The position numbers and the translations under genes are program-made. 64,000 bases of DNA, from the NCBI GenBank assembly GCA_044507075.1, contig JBIQKA010000014.1, forward strand, positions 4,388 through 68,387. The letters run 5' to 3'. Source of the DNA: Myxococcales bacterium (GTDB lineage: Bacteria; Myxococcota_A; Polyangia; Polyangiales; DASUME01). Positions 63,463 to 64,000 of the stretch are shown piece after piece; the first letter of the stretch is position 1, and each line of letters opens with the position of its first letter. Under the pieces are notes generated by a model. That model made no database searches. It was not told the origin of the DNA and saw only the letters and a program-made list of their open reading frames with translations.

Positions 63463-64000
63463 CTAGCTCAGGCGCAGGGCGAGCTTGCCGAGGAAGTGCT
63501 GCTTGAGCCCCTCTTGCGCGGCCACCGCGTCTTGCAGCGCGTAGCTGCGGGTCACGTTGACCTCGAACGGCTCCTGCCTCGCCATGCGCTCGAATCGCTC
63601 GAGGATGTCGGCGTCGGGCAGGGCGTCGTAGCGCACGATCGCGAGGTTGGCGCGCTTTGCAGGCTCGGGCTCGACGCCGCTCGGGTACGCCACTTGTCCG
63701 CCCTCACGCATCGCGGCGAGCACCTGCTCGACCACCTCGCCGCCGGTGGTAAGGAGCGCCTTGCTGAAGCCATCGGGCGCGAAGGCGCGCGCTGCTGCGA
63801 GCACGTCGTCCCTGTGGCCATCCACCACGGTGTCGGCGCCGAGCCGGCGCGTCAGCGCCACGCCGTCCGCGCCAGAGGCCACCGCAAAGACGCGGGCGCC
63901 CTTGCGCTTTCCGATCTGGATGGCGATATGACCGACGCCGCCGCTCGCGCCCACCACGGCCAGGGTGTCGCCCTCGGAGACCTCGAGCACGTCTTCCAGT
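63463..64000 (-). CDS. zinc-type alcohol dehydrogenase/quinone oxidoreductase (MDR) family, N-terminus beyond window end
   Basis: Rossmann motif VVGASGGVGHIAIQIGKRKGARVFAV. The frame is open to the window end. Confidence 0.75.
   Translation of the reverse strand, partial: LEDVLEVSEGDTLAVVGASGGVGHIAIQIGKRKGARVFAVASGADGVALTRRLGADTVVDGHRDDVLAAARAFAPDGFSKALLTTGGEVVEQVLAAMREGGQVAYPSGVEPEPAKRANLAIVRYDALPDADILERFERMARQEPFEVNVTRSYALQDAVAAQEGLKQHFLGKLALRLS

Noticed and set aside
1-64000. Mobile elements, prophage, defence islands or toxin-antitoxin pairs
   Set aside because: I found no integrase, transposase, recombinase, restriction-modification, Cas, nuclease-NTPase or small paired toxin/antitoxin ORFs. 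I also found no terminal repeats bounding an island. Only the single palindromic element at 54873-55050 has a MITE-like look, and it lacks a target-site duplication.

Overview
High-GC bacterial chromosomal window, most consistent with a myxobacterium (Myxococcota, Polyangia-like). Supporting traits are a TIGR02266-type PilZ N-terminus with PEGA modules, many lipoproteins with acidic Asp/Gly tethers, cytoplasmic PAS histidine kinases with HDFNNLL H-boxes, and a MYXO-CTERM-like tail. About 60 protein genes are supportable. I saw no rRNA, tRNA, CRISPR array, transposase or integrase. Many long ORFs in the supplied track are antisense or out-of-frame shadows typical of high-GC DNA, and I rejected them. 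Landmarks from left to right: xseA (partial), folK, a PilZ/PEGA protein, rhomboid, a DinG-like helicase, DUF92, a YcnI-type copper protein, egtB-egtD (ergothioneine), TelA/XpaC-like/2OG-dioxygenase, WS/DGAT, an SGNH lipoprotein, MEKHLA, cyclase, LuxR, a TlpA + MarR-fusion operon divergent from an ECF sigma, an OmpA lipoprotein, AI-2E, two PAS kinases, and a TPM/Tim44-like/SPFH-GYF triad. The standout is 48.4-62.6 kb. It holds NikR with its own operator, two unclassifiable His-tailed lipoproteins and a TonB-dependent receptor. It continues with a NiCoT nickel permease, a urea transporter and ureABC, an OprO/P-like porin inserted in the operon, then ureG-D-E-F. A ~178-nt palindromic element lies between the urea transporter and ureA. 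All functional calls rest on motif recognition by eye; no database search was run.
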